A program made the position numbers and the translations under genes. Shown here in pieces: positions 40,701 through 46,783 of a DNA stretch of 64,000 nt (its first letter is position 1; each line of letters starts with the position of its first letter). Source of the DNA: a virus; IMG/VR virus record IMGVR_UViG_3300033552_000003, positions 1 through 64,000 of that record, one strand, 5' to 3'. Under the pieces are notes generated by a model. That model saw only the letters and a program-made list of their open reading frames with translations, was not told where the DNA came from and made no database searches.

Positions 40701-40709
40701 ATTTGTTAA
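28755..40709 (+). CDS. giant (3,984 aa) virion protein: crAss-type two-barrel RNA polymerase core plus two HExxH modules and a C-terminal ART-like module
   Basis: GYRIPNQGLSS...TGADFDIDKMYIMVP (nt 37617-37760) parallels RNAP beta-prime NRAPTLHRLG...NADFDGDQMAVHVP. HELIH at 31674-31688, HEAFH at 33573-33587. YHGT / GNGYYFT / NEQETQYFV at 40338-40586. Confidence 0.8.
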   Translation: MSEVTPVPLHKLVINPEPTREQVLDNIGKTNLLNPLVAPTTTITQKDIKDLADQNINFVTPDKTWNQQKAENQGNLEQLYNVAKQVVVGHGIGGLFTGAGYIESLAQSSNIANNYDNAYSNSMTEIGNAILKSSQSNNPIWEEKQGDFNPGDWGYYMGRLADAGSVLSMVIPTGLIIKGLGYAAKGLTLASRFSKAANSVGLGAKYANLAVKGISSAIVSRQIESSMEADGIYQEQYNKYKELGYTELEAKSTASKAAASTYRGNWAMLTQDIFQYTLLGSKWSPASTKIADKGLKGFGKSLVALGTDALSEGAEEGYQYILGQESKAQSDIDSGLANADFGRSYRLKKDVQDGEFLNSVISGMFGSTVIQGGNAIAAKFLNKEDSVKEEEFNTEKIINAQTYADKYKDINQSIKQADLAEDKESAKEFRRELSTELALQSSDLGNIDKHTEFLEGLNAMSPEQMDAFNAENSTEYNQEFKELLPTLIEDSKKIGDLYNEGFRKFGDKGLANTYAKSKFDLSTKDFSRRTLDGDIARLSIDIPLLSDLSPAGVIEATAVNTINSNKALLKTLKKARESGNITGKRLEALNDNIAKSEESITKAKKDIQDSKLVETTEEQKRSDRSVIDSFDKNNQELNTKLIRRASLDMDLKVAIDTINKLNNNPEKIQENKINNSIDKANTVSELETIASTLPIDAYESTKEAYRIKLKSKYSELKQQEDNIKREAVEKEISFVQPTSPSIETPDQVEANNFKNDPDSEFNDLLIKQGKVINPLDLVNNDTVSVEDPHEHGAIVFGQFNNGVVTPDFIFWKADQVYFKKIDGVWTFEGDPIEDANYIEAIESSLYDIQEDYNNNNFYNTQVFTAKQREEILQVVNPSQAVITKENNVNTVIITEDTKESEDIESKKADIERRRQEELLSFLPSGLKSLFNKTIKIIFDKTLRNIAAYRKITKNGISSEDIALSSDGNYRNLLHELIHKFIDGRFDTDTRLKFRSRAISILNRISELSEGDSTVGRMLRGYTGIGNSIEEEVVTWYLTDSDFRNEINSLDLNVKNKVLSLIKEISGFTDDQLQEFINFDSSEKAKELAFENIDNINAKYDAELAALKSKKESTNIIIEIEEFTIEESEEANYLKPNLPGSRLAYKSYRGDNPTTDLREGYKKDFTDLIETPIPFSEKFEKSINLSIDLDYMKSNPSLAKLIPQLDTLEDIGNIPIKAELTGKNGKTYISYLYTSNTLRNQTYNTQEQIDNLLSLKRSVVEAYKQGTSVITKIDYTTSVLGGVFAKQLDTFENVPTSFQLPIEEFDLRVSSDNYYIKADGTEDFDLPSPKKKGNIYSVHKNTNGKSVPVKLWNSKITPEISNLILNIYKEINSKGRKAALSSEFKSSNSDILKNLINILDNPTYGTLLENLVYEGKNETATAKYPLYLSESKLTFGNLTQDINNIDAEAFLNYTTTNKYFQVNRKLLADNKYKKFLFDNILKTNTAAVDGNLFIQPTIVLSTDTTQRVFIPVKTEAISVPDESQPTTIVREDLEAPSIFDSKDIAPTKATVINEQEAIAWLRSNLSMVPVELQNDAIEIFKDGTQSIGRFTEGMIILSRLASTGTEYHEAFHAVSQLYLTEKERTGLYNKVKVAEGKQLTDRQAEELLADEFAYYVKSDGKADYKYVDKSPSSFFGKLLQWIKSVFSNTTTVDKVFKNINSGFYTNKVLPQNLKVTSYDKRVDNLSVEQAKNITDHLLYLAFVTQNLGSEDISKLDFNKATFELFKVYNVADSSFKERYERVFDSLCRSDWRTIFNNPKIDLKQVEWIDNYSPLATNLYEGLQTLGIKTKISKKTIEELDTELEDQRLDETDGDNYTPLTTKASYNYSNKETSRNNTKLLVASLPAIKEIKDGKNIYEKDDYFGLVKIADYGSTWSFLEDLLSNINPTNEQDGLDIMMNRIKDSLVFRPELSKLYNNLSSADDTVRTQFYTDMNLVKNNFATTLLTKAYNAETKKYNYEYKFQKGNQKNVANRITSEWSDLFNNNFLTDSGIDVIKVKSITDKISIIENKLKERSLSDSELNVIIENIYKTLNDLGFRFTSVNSLSYVINSIKSDNLQGRVSAFLLSKSVGIDKVIERISLGEDPAIVLPDEKGMTYVVNLEAKFRKDGFESSIVGAGGNKQWSYSYGSFFNKVISSMNNINESDFIKNLSNTPYFKNSVWFHQLKTNQVSASSITSSIFSSLKEENNGDSGSSLTDLAPNEEKSDIINRIIANIDTPDRSSYSTGLAKADKSTDVLIAGFKLIPAKYTNNQLSNAGIDILSGYLIDELNRTIQAHKDVDTWKENNNTSDLVEYYHYDPKSKDKFDKSGGAFRVFLFPELSSKLLKESNKDLYDAIYDESGVPYPISDNFVKNTLIRDYINTSFRKVLNFEIAEALKVGVVKQGLELENISLDNKLVSKRKETMTEQEAVISLFADYTLNGVINNVETTKFFHGDPAFYKGTAIDPFADIKKRTPLILATGRAQRVYRDKENNWVVPPTYRSAVLEDSEIASYYYTPEYIDNLADIYSELNGTSKESELSKLTEQFSAYKKVNETDAQAYITLDRYRITQLGWGKWSTAKQETFDAIKTWETNPTTENLNLARKLSKESDLAMQPLKSVHTGMEFHSSNPGIGIVEYNKQSEAVLNPVFTVGTPLDKLRKSMEGSVDHVIFRSGKKVGTQGATSISTDGDINSNIKFNKIKNLSSYNYYLQQDLPYHGFDESLEGSQIFNVVQSDVDFTHTYSNGMTGKELIATLQSTQAKLHDIGGQKLKDKYEFTDNWTPDNYKKLRKDIMEDLTKRGASDNIRETLQDTSFPFSAIAQATKRVTNAFNSMVNSSGVKLKMPGGPLIQISGFGIARPTGYTELNKKVKEGILWFGEKELSPPKLVKTEEGITSLKGQILVPHTIVESIEGWETMSKSELLSKIDKDTLYAIGYRIPNQGLSSNDSLEIVGILPVEAGDSVVLYNEVTTKTGADFDIDKMYIMVPNYNYNKESGRIEKVKYDSTNETEEGLQNYKLDLYNTLLSDPKSYLSVVAPLDSPFLSDTIDQLHGVDKVENRDLIFMSPGQQYNIKTSFRGGKTGIGILANNIVDHVQGQIWDLKLNGVDLGRGNRSIEGETVFSGLDCEATQDGTVYKISSVLSWFANAFVDIAKDPYITKGNFNDTTLSTTMMLVRAGFAPDWIINFMGQPILKDYVTLTNANKGRIRSYNDVLAIVKAKYKGESNKVSASIAISKLKSCIQNKDSVSNFNDIQTGILDLFVEFDRSAKVLQEQIRASKQNTNGAGKSNVEAFTISEQVNKVNSENKIGNFSNKFNGALGAAYENSVTLLRNMFGDFLFSDNSVNKQAIREISSDQGKLFATDLELNEKVSESFYSYVSSGLEFFKNTDLKELLYGKESIANRIYNLKYGKESTVRNNILIQYLEIQKQKGSIPGTVGINQFRDKSIAVQNQITQSWEELLSSDNPKTKAVAEDLVKYAFYSSGFNPTSKSFFEYIPYKYLKQIGFGDYMDNFMKNPNNQIVDSFKEQFYQNNIDSDYIKDFNKNDIINKNGIVTIKEDSLKKFFIGYSTVNNTTQIEYSRYIKSVEIVENVITKGNEKIKIFNKTSKLYKLQGYDISNVPMYTQIGIKGYSAKDGNRVVEYSYNENKESIFNLLVKDIQIEVSLYPQTPNSESYNNTSENKLTKVNNTNFTLGKAIIDYINSILPNFIKNKNDEFNFVSELKALQLLSFEENTKEELISGKKNAESALQEWADGNKNLNSQLNNILANILLGKLAEDGLSESDIWHNLFNTPLKNTNEKNVSKTKNLEFVFNENPILKEVGTKKQYSNYLDTIFPNSTLTDIVYHGTNNKNEILKEGFKNNSELFSADDDRHYEIGELGNGYYFTPSINSAKNYGEIVSAVINNPDVENKTTFNNITNEQETQYFVKSKKQIHVLGTEQDIEGFKEYVKKDVSLNESIDLENDLIC

Positions 40710-40711
40710 TT

Positions 40712-43700
40712 ATGGCTTGTAAAATACCAAACTATATTGAAATATCTAACGCTTTAAGTAAAACTAAAGATTACTTAACTTCTGTACATCATGTTGTAGG
40801 AGAAGATATTAAAGCTTCAGGTGTGTTTGAAAAAGGCTTTACGTCTAATAGATATTATACTAGAAGTATTAGAACTGATAGTATAAATAAATCTAGAAAA
40901 TGGGTTGCTGATTACAACAATAAAATTAAAGAAATATTTGGTATAAAAGATAAAATACTAACGCTTAAAAAATCAGAATATAAAGGATCTACACAATACG
41001 AATCTATCAGTATAGATGCTACTGTACTTAAAACTTATCATGAAAAATTAGTTGATTTAAGAGATTCTACAAAATTAATAACTGCAGATGTAGAAAGAGG
41101 TTCTGAACCAGATTTCTATACAGGTAATTATCAAAAAGAATCTAATTATGGTTTTGAAAGTTTACAGGGATTATCTAATAAGATATTACGTCTTAAAAAG
41201 AATTTTAATACAAATGTTGTATTAGATTCTGATATGAAAGAATTAGGTAGAGTAGATCCTTATGAAGCTGGAGAAACTCCTACTGTTAGAATTAATCCTA
41301 TATTAGTTAATAAAGATACAGTGATACATGAATTTGGTCACGTATATATTAACTTGTTAGGTGGTAATTCTGATAGTATGATTGCTGAAGGAATAGCTCA
41401 ACTTAAAGGATCTGAATTATGGAATAAAGTTGCTTTAGCGTATTCTTCACTTACTGAAAAAGAATTAGGTGAGGAAGTATTAGCAACTGCAATAGGATTA
41501 GAGGGTGCAGAGATATTTGATGATTACATTAAAAGATCTAAATTTAGTTTATGGTTAGATAACTTTTTTAATAAATTAAAATCTTTAATAGGTATACCAA
41601 GAAACGTAGCTAAAGAATTAGCTAAAGAGATGTTTGGTAATAAGTTACGTACGGGAACTCCTAAAGGAATTAATTATTATCAGAAACAAAAGCTTGGTAC
41701 ACAAGATGAAGTTTATAATAAATTATTTTCTGCTAATAGTGAATTTACATCTGGAGAAAATAGCGATGTACTTATTAAAGATGGTGTACCATATACCAAC
41801 ATAAGTAAATTAGTATCTACAGATTTTCCTAGAAATACACTACAGAAGAAATCTTATGAAAGATCTGTACTTGAGATATTTAAACTAGTAAATAACAACT
41901 TAGATTTAGGATCAGTAAAAACAGAATTTAAGAAAGAACAAGATAAATCTAAATTTGGCTACCTTACTTTTCTGAATGATACTGATATAGAATCAGTATA
42001 TACTTACTGTAAGAAGTTTAAAGATAAATTTACTGAAGAGGGTAAAAAAGTACTTATTGGAAATACTGTAGTAGATGATAGAGATAACGTTAATATAGCT
42101 GGTAACATACAAATCAGTACTGTATCTCAAAAAGGTAAAGTAGATATATATAATCTGTTTATTACTTTAGGATCTGAACTTACAACTGATAGTATTGTTG
42201 CTGAACAGAGTTTACAAGTTGAAGCTTTAAAGAATATGGGTATTCAAACTAGTTCTATTTATACTTTACCTATTCGTTTAGTAGAGGACAGACTTATACC
42301 TAATCCTTATGTTGAAAATACTGTTAATAAAGAATACATAAAGAAGTATCTTTCTATACAGTTATCTCCTGAAGCAATAACTAAAGTAGCTAATACAGCT
42401 AAAGAACTTGTAGGTGTATTACAGAGAAAAGTAAGTATAATTTCTAGAACTATAGAAAGTAAAACTCCTATTCAAAAAGAACGTTTTGATGAGTTTAAAC
42501 AAACTGTAGCGGATTTAGCAGATGCTGAACAAACTAAAGTTATAACTTCATTTTTAGATACTGCTACTAGAGAAGTACTTGCACTTGAAAAACGTTTACA
42601 AAGTACAATTCAAAAAGATGATTTTACTTTAGAAGATTTACGAACTATATATGAATATAGTCAAGCATATTCTTCTGTTAAAGAAGTATCTGAATTACTT
42701 AGAGATCCTTCTATTGCTGAAGAATTTAAAGATACTAATTATATTAATCAAATAGATATTGTTAAAAGACATATTGATAATATAACAAGTACTTATAAAA
42801 AATATGCTAAAATAGCTTTAGCTAGAAGTAATAAAAAAGAAAGTAAAATATTTACAGCTAGGCGTATTGAACTTGAAAGAGAATTTAATAAAATAGAAAT
42901 TAAAAAATACAGTTCTCTTAAAGGAGATCAATTAAAACAAAAGAAATTAGAGTACATAAACAAACATATAGCTGATGAGTATAATATTTTAATACAAGAA
43001 GAAGAGGATCGTATAGTTAAGTTATTAACGGATACAGATTCTGATATTGGTGCAGTAGATTTATGGGTTACAGATAGCAGAAACTTAAATGATGAATTAT
43101 TACAATTACTTGAAAATAAATTATCAGTTGCTGACTTTACGGTTACTTCTGCTACTCAAGATGTTTATTCAGATGTAGATACAATCTTTAAAGAAGTTAT
43201 TACACTTAAAAGTAATACAACTGATCAGAAAAAGTTATATGAAGAATCTTTAGAAACTTATGAAAGTAAAACTACAGGATATTACGTATCTCAATACTTT
43301 TCTGAATTTGATAAACAGAAAAAGGTAGTATGGGATAAATACTATTCTTTTGAAAATAAAGATTCTTCTGAAGCACTAAAAGCTTATACTGAGGCTGTTG
43401 CTTGGAACAAAGATAATATTCAAAGTAAATACACTGAATCTTTTCAAAATCAAATGGATCAGTTTTTATCTGCAGATGATACTAATTATAAAGTAAATAG
43501 AATATTAGCTAAATATTCTGATAAAAGTAATGTATCAGATAAAGATTTAGCAGAAATAAAAACTTTACTTGAAAACAAGAAATCTACTCCTGATAAATTA
43601 AAGAATAAATTTTATAGCCAAGTTGATTTTGTAGAATCAGAAAGTTTTATAGAAACCAAAAAAAGAAAGAGTAAGCAACTTGGAGACAAATATGACGAAT

Positions 43701-45748
43701 GGTTAAGTAAACAGTATTATACAAAAGCTAATACTAAACGTTTATTACCTATGTGGTCTGAGTTATCTCCTAAAGATAAGTCTGTACTTAATCCTGATAA
43801 AGGTTTACCTAAGAATAAATGGGTAAATCCACAATATAAAAAACTAGAAGAACTTAGAAAACAAGACTCTTCTGTTGCTAAATTATATGATAAACTAATA
43901 AGTTATAACTTAGAAGCTGATAATTTAGTACCTCTTGCTCAAAGATTAGGTTATAAATTACCTTCTATAGAAAAATCAACTATTGAAAGAGTTTCTGATA
44001 AAGGTCCTTGGTTTGCAATAAGAGAAGGTTTTTTAAATTCATTTAGAAAAACAAACTTAGATATTGATTTAGGTGAAGAACAAGGAGTAGATAAAAAACA
44101 AGGTATTAATAGTCTACGTAATGTTGTAGACTCAGTTATTAATGTATTTACTACAGAAGCAGGTAGAGAAAAGAAAGCTATTCCTATTCATTATAGAAAA
44201 GACTTAACAAACTTAGAAGATCAATCTTATGATCTAGCTACTTTATGTTTAGCTAATTATCAAACTTGTAAAAATTACAGTGAAAAAACTAAAGTAGCAC
44301 TTGATTTAGAAGTTGCTAAAGATTTAGTTTATGAAAGACAGGTAAATCAATATACTCCAGATGGTAAATTAAAACTTGATAATTTTACAGGTAAAGCTGT
44401 AAAAAAAGAAGGTACATCTAATACATATAAAGCAATAGAATCTTTACTTGATACTAGACTTTATGGTATTAGAATGTTAGGAGATGCAAGTTTTAATAAG
44501 AAAGTGGGTCAATTAAATAACTGGGCTAGTGGTACAGTTATGATTCTTAATTATTTATCTGCTCCAGCCAATTTACTACATGGTAAAGTAACATCACTCA
44601 TTGAATCTGTAAGTAGTACATATTATAATACTACTAACTTAAAAAATGGAGAAGCTGAATATGCTAAGGATACTAAAAACATATTAGGTGATATAGGAAA
44701 TAGAAGACCTAATTCTAAAACAAATATACTTTTAGAAAGATTTAATGTACTTGATTCTTTTGATGTATTACATAATAGATTTTCTGAGAATAGTAAAGCT
44801 AGTAATTTATTAAAAGTAAATTCTCTTTATAGTTTTCAAACAGGTGGTGAACATATGATCCAAGGATCTGTAATGTATGCATATTTAGATACTATTAAAG
44901 TAACTAACAGTGAAAGTGTTACAGTTAAGTTTACAGATGCTATTGATATAGTAGATGGAAAAATAAAAGCTAAGGAGGGATATGAGGATGCAGTTAAACC
45001 TGAGCAATTATATAATATATCTGCAAGTATTGCTAGGATATTATCACATCAATTTGGTAACTATTCAAGTACTAATATATCTCAGTTACAACGTTTTGCA
45101 GTAGGTAACATGGTTGTGTCTTTAAAGAAGTTTTTTGTAGGTGGTGCTAAAAGAAGATACAGAGGTATATCAAACATTAAGAATAGAATAGGAGAAGATA
45201 ATTATAATACTCAGCATTATGATCCAGTTCTTGGTCACTATGTAGAAGGGGATTATATAACTACAATACGTACTTTACGTACTATGTATCAGGATTTTAA
45301 AACTTTAAAAATGCAAGCTATAGGTCAAACCTGGGAAGGTATGACAGATATTGAAAAAGGAAGATTTAAAAGAACTATGATCGAATTGAATATAGCACTT
45401 CTTGCGTTTACTTTGTCTATGCTTTTAAAAGGAGATAAAGATGATGATGAAGAAGAAACTACTACTCAATTAATGGGAGCATTCTTAACTCGTAGATTAT
45501 ATAGTGAATTATCTTTCTGGGTAAATCCTATAGAAATAGGACGTACTTTAAGATCACCTGCCCAATCCCTATCTTTTTCAGAAAAAATATTTAGACTATT
45601 AGGACAATTAACTAATCCTATGGAAGAATATACAAAAGGTAAAAGAAAAGGAGATAAAAAGATATTTAAAAAAATAGCAGATATTACACCTATATACTCA
45701 CAAATAAATCGTAATTTAGCAGAGTCAGTAGACTTCCTCTACAAATAA
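40712..45748 (+). CDS. large internal/ejected protein (1,678 aa from the ATG) with an N-terminal zincin HExxH module and a C-terminal TM segment
   Basis: The track start is TTG 40703; the ATG at 40712 lies 2 nt after the upstream stop. VIHEFGHVYINLLGG has HEFGH at 41327-41341. Near the C-terminus, IALLAFTLSMLL is followed by DKDDDEEE. Confidence 0.8.
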   Translation: MACKIPNYIEISNALSKTKDYLTSVHHVVGEDIKASGVFEKGFTSNRYYTRSIRTDSINKSRKWVADYNNKIKEIFGIKDKILTLKKSEYKGSTQYESISIDATVLKTYHEKLVDLRDSTKLITADVERGSEPDFYTGNYQKESNYGFESLQGLSNKILRLKKNFNTNVVLDSDMKELGRVDPYEAGETPTVRINPILVNKDTVIHEFGHVYINLLGGNSDSMIAEGIAQLKGSELWNKVALAYSSLTEKELGEEVLATAIGLEGAEIFDDYIKRSKFSLWLDNFFNKLKSLIGIPRNVAKELAKEMFGNKLRTGTPKGINYYQKQKLGTQDEVYNKLFSANSEFTSGENSDVLIKDGVPYTNISKLVSTDFPRNTLQKKSYERSVLEIFKLVNNNLDLGSVKTEFKKEQDKSKFGYLTFLNDTDIESVYTYCKKFKDKFTEEGKKVLIGNTVVDDRDNVNIAGNIQISTVSQKGKVDIYNLFITLGSELTTDSIVAEQSLQVEALKNMGIQTSSIYTLPIRLVEDRLIPNPYVENTVNKEYIKKYLSIQLSPEAITKVANTAKELVGVLQRKVSIISRTIESKTPIQKERFDEFKQTVADLADAEQTKVITSFLDTATREVLALEKRLQSTIQKDDFTLEDLRTIYEYSQAYSSVKEVSELLRDPSIAEEFKDTNYINQIDIVKRHIDNITSTYKKYAKIALARSNKKESKIFTARRIELEREFNKIEIKKYSSLKGDQLKQKKLEYINKHIADEYNILIQEEEDRIVKLLTDTDSDIGAVDLWVTDSRNLNDELLQLLENKLSVADFTVTSATQDVYSDVDTIFKEVITLKSNTTDQKKLYEESLETYESKTTGYYVSQYFSEFDKQKKVVWDKYYSFENKDSSEALKAYTEAVAWNKDNIQSKYTESFQNQMDQFLSADDTNYKVNRILAKYSDKSNVSDKDLAEIKTLLENKKSTPDKLKNKFYSQVDFVESESFIETKKRKSKQLGDKYDEWLSKQYYTKANTKRLLPMWSELSPKDKSVLNPDKGLPKNKWVNPQYKKLEELRKQDSSVAKLYDKLISYNLEADNLVPLAQRLGYKLPSIEKSTIERVSDKGPWFAIREGFLNSFRKTNLDIDLGEEQGVDKKQGINSLRNVVDSVINVFTTEAGREKKAIPIHYRKDLTNLEDQSYDLATLCLANYQTCKNYSEKTKVALDLEVAKDLVYERQVNQYTPDGKLKLDNFTGKAVKKEGTSNTYKAIESLLDTRLYGIRMLGDASFNKKVGQLNNWASGTVMILNYLSAPANLLHGKVTSLIESVSSTYYNTTNLKNGEAEYAKDTKNILGDIGNRRPNSKTNILLERFNVLDSFDVLHNRFSENSKASNLLKVNSLYSFQTGGEHMIQGSVMYAYLDTIKVTNSESVTVKFTDAIDIVDGKIKAKEGYEDAVKPEQLYNISASIARILSHQFGNYSSTNISQLQRFAVGNMVVSLKKFFVGGAKRRYRGISNIKNRIGEDNYNTQHYDPVLGHYVEGDYITTIRTLRTMYQDFKTLKMQAIGQTWEGMTDIEKGRFKRTMIELNIALLAFTLSMLLKGDKDDDEEETTTQLMGAFLTRRLYSELSFWVNPIEIGRTLRSPAQSLSFSEKIFRLLGQLTNPMEEYTKGKRKGDKKIFKKIADITPIYSQINRNLAESVDFLYK

Positions 45749-45760
45749 AATTTTAAAAAG

Positions 45761-46780
45761 ATGACAGAAGATACTAATTTAGGAGATGGTTTAAAAGTAA
45801 CAGGAAATTATCATGTAGATAGTCTTTATGGACCATATTTATCTATTGCAGATGCAAATGCTAAAGTAACTCTTTATCTAAGATCTGTTTCTGGTGTTAC
45901 AGGATTATTAGTTGGACGTACAGTTGCAATTGATGATGGTACAGTTAGAAAAGAATACTGGTGGGATGGTGGAACTGCAGATACAAATCTTGTTGAAAAA
46001 GTAGCAGGAAGCGGTGGTGGTGGAAGTACTTATACAGGTGTTTCTCCATCAAATGTAACTGTTGGAGGAATACCTTCAGGTACAAATCTTACAGGTAAAA
46101 CATTTACTGAAGTAATTCAACTATTAACAGTTACATATATAAACCCTAGCTTTACTGGATTTAATTTTACAGGTCAAGCACAAACTGTAGAAATAGGTAC
46201 AATATTAACTGGTTCTAGAACAATGACATGGTCTATCAATTCAGGATCAGGTACAATACCTACAATAGATATATTAGATAATACAGCAGGAACTACTTTG
46301 TTAGCTGGAACACCTAATGATGGAACACAAACATTAACAATAAATACAATTCAATTAAATACTGGTGGAGCAACACAAAGCTGGAGACTTAGAGGAAATA
46401 ATACATCTCCTGTAGGAACATTCAATTCTGGTGACTTTAATGTAGTAGGTAGATTCATATTATTTTTTGGTGCAACAACAAGTACTCCAACAACATCTGC
46501 TCAAATTAGAGCATTACCTCAAACACAGTTTTACACTGGTGGAGGAGTAATACAACTAAATACAGGTACGGGTATTAAATTTGGTGTTGCGGTTCCTCCA
46601 GGTTCTACTGTAGTTTCTGCAATAGATTTAGATGCTTCAAATGCAAATGTTACTTACACATTCGTAGGAAACATAAGTGTAACCGATGCAGGTGGTACAG
46701 CTAGGCTATACCCTTATTACGAAGCAAACATTGCAGTTGCATATTCTTCAAATCATAGATTTAACATATCAATATCTTAA
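45761..46780 (+). CDS. tail fibre / fibre adaptor, 339 aa
   Basis: G/T/S-rich beta-type composition. The N-terminal GPY..ADANA module plus GSGGGGS linker is shared with the next gene. Confidence 0.65.
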   Translation: MTEDTNLGDGLKVTGNYHVDSLYGPYLSIADANAKVTLYLRSVSGVTGLLVGRTVAIDDGTVRKEYWWDGGTADTNLVEKVAGSGGGGSTYTGVSPSNVTVGGIPSGTNLTGKTFTEVIQLLTVTYINPSFTGFNFTGQAQTVEIGTILTGSRTMTWSINSGSGTIPTIDILDNTAGTTLLAGTPNDGTQTLTINTIQLNTGGATQSWRLRGNNTSPVGTFNSGDFNVVGRFILFFGATTSTPTTSAQIRALPQTQFYTGGGVIQLNTGTGIKFGVAVPPGSTVVSAIDLDASNANVTYTFVGNISVTDAGGTARLYPYYEANIAVAYSSNHRFNISIS

Positions 46781-46783
46781 TAT

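Noticed and set aside
28755-40709. N4-like (T7-type single-subunit) virion RNA polymerase as the identity of the giant protein
   Set aside because: The only polymerase-like signature I can see is the beta-prime-type R-x-P...ADFDIDKM double-psi beta-barrel motif, which is the crAss-type enzyme. No T7-like motif A/C pattern was noticed.
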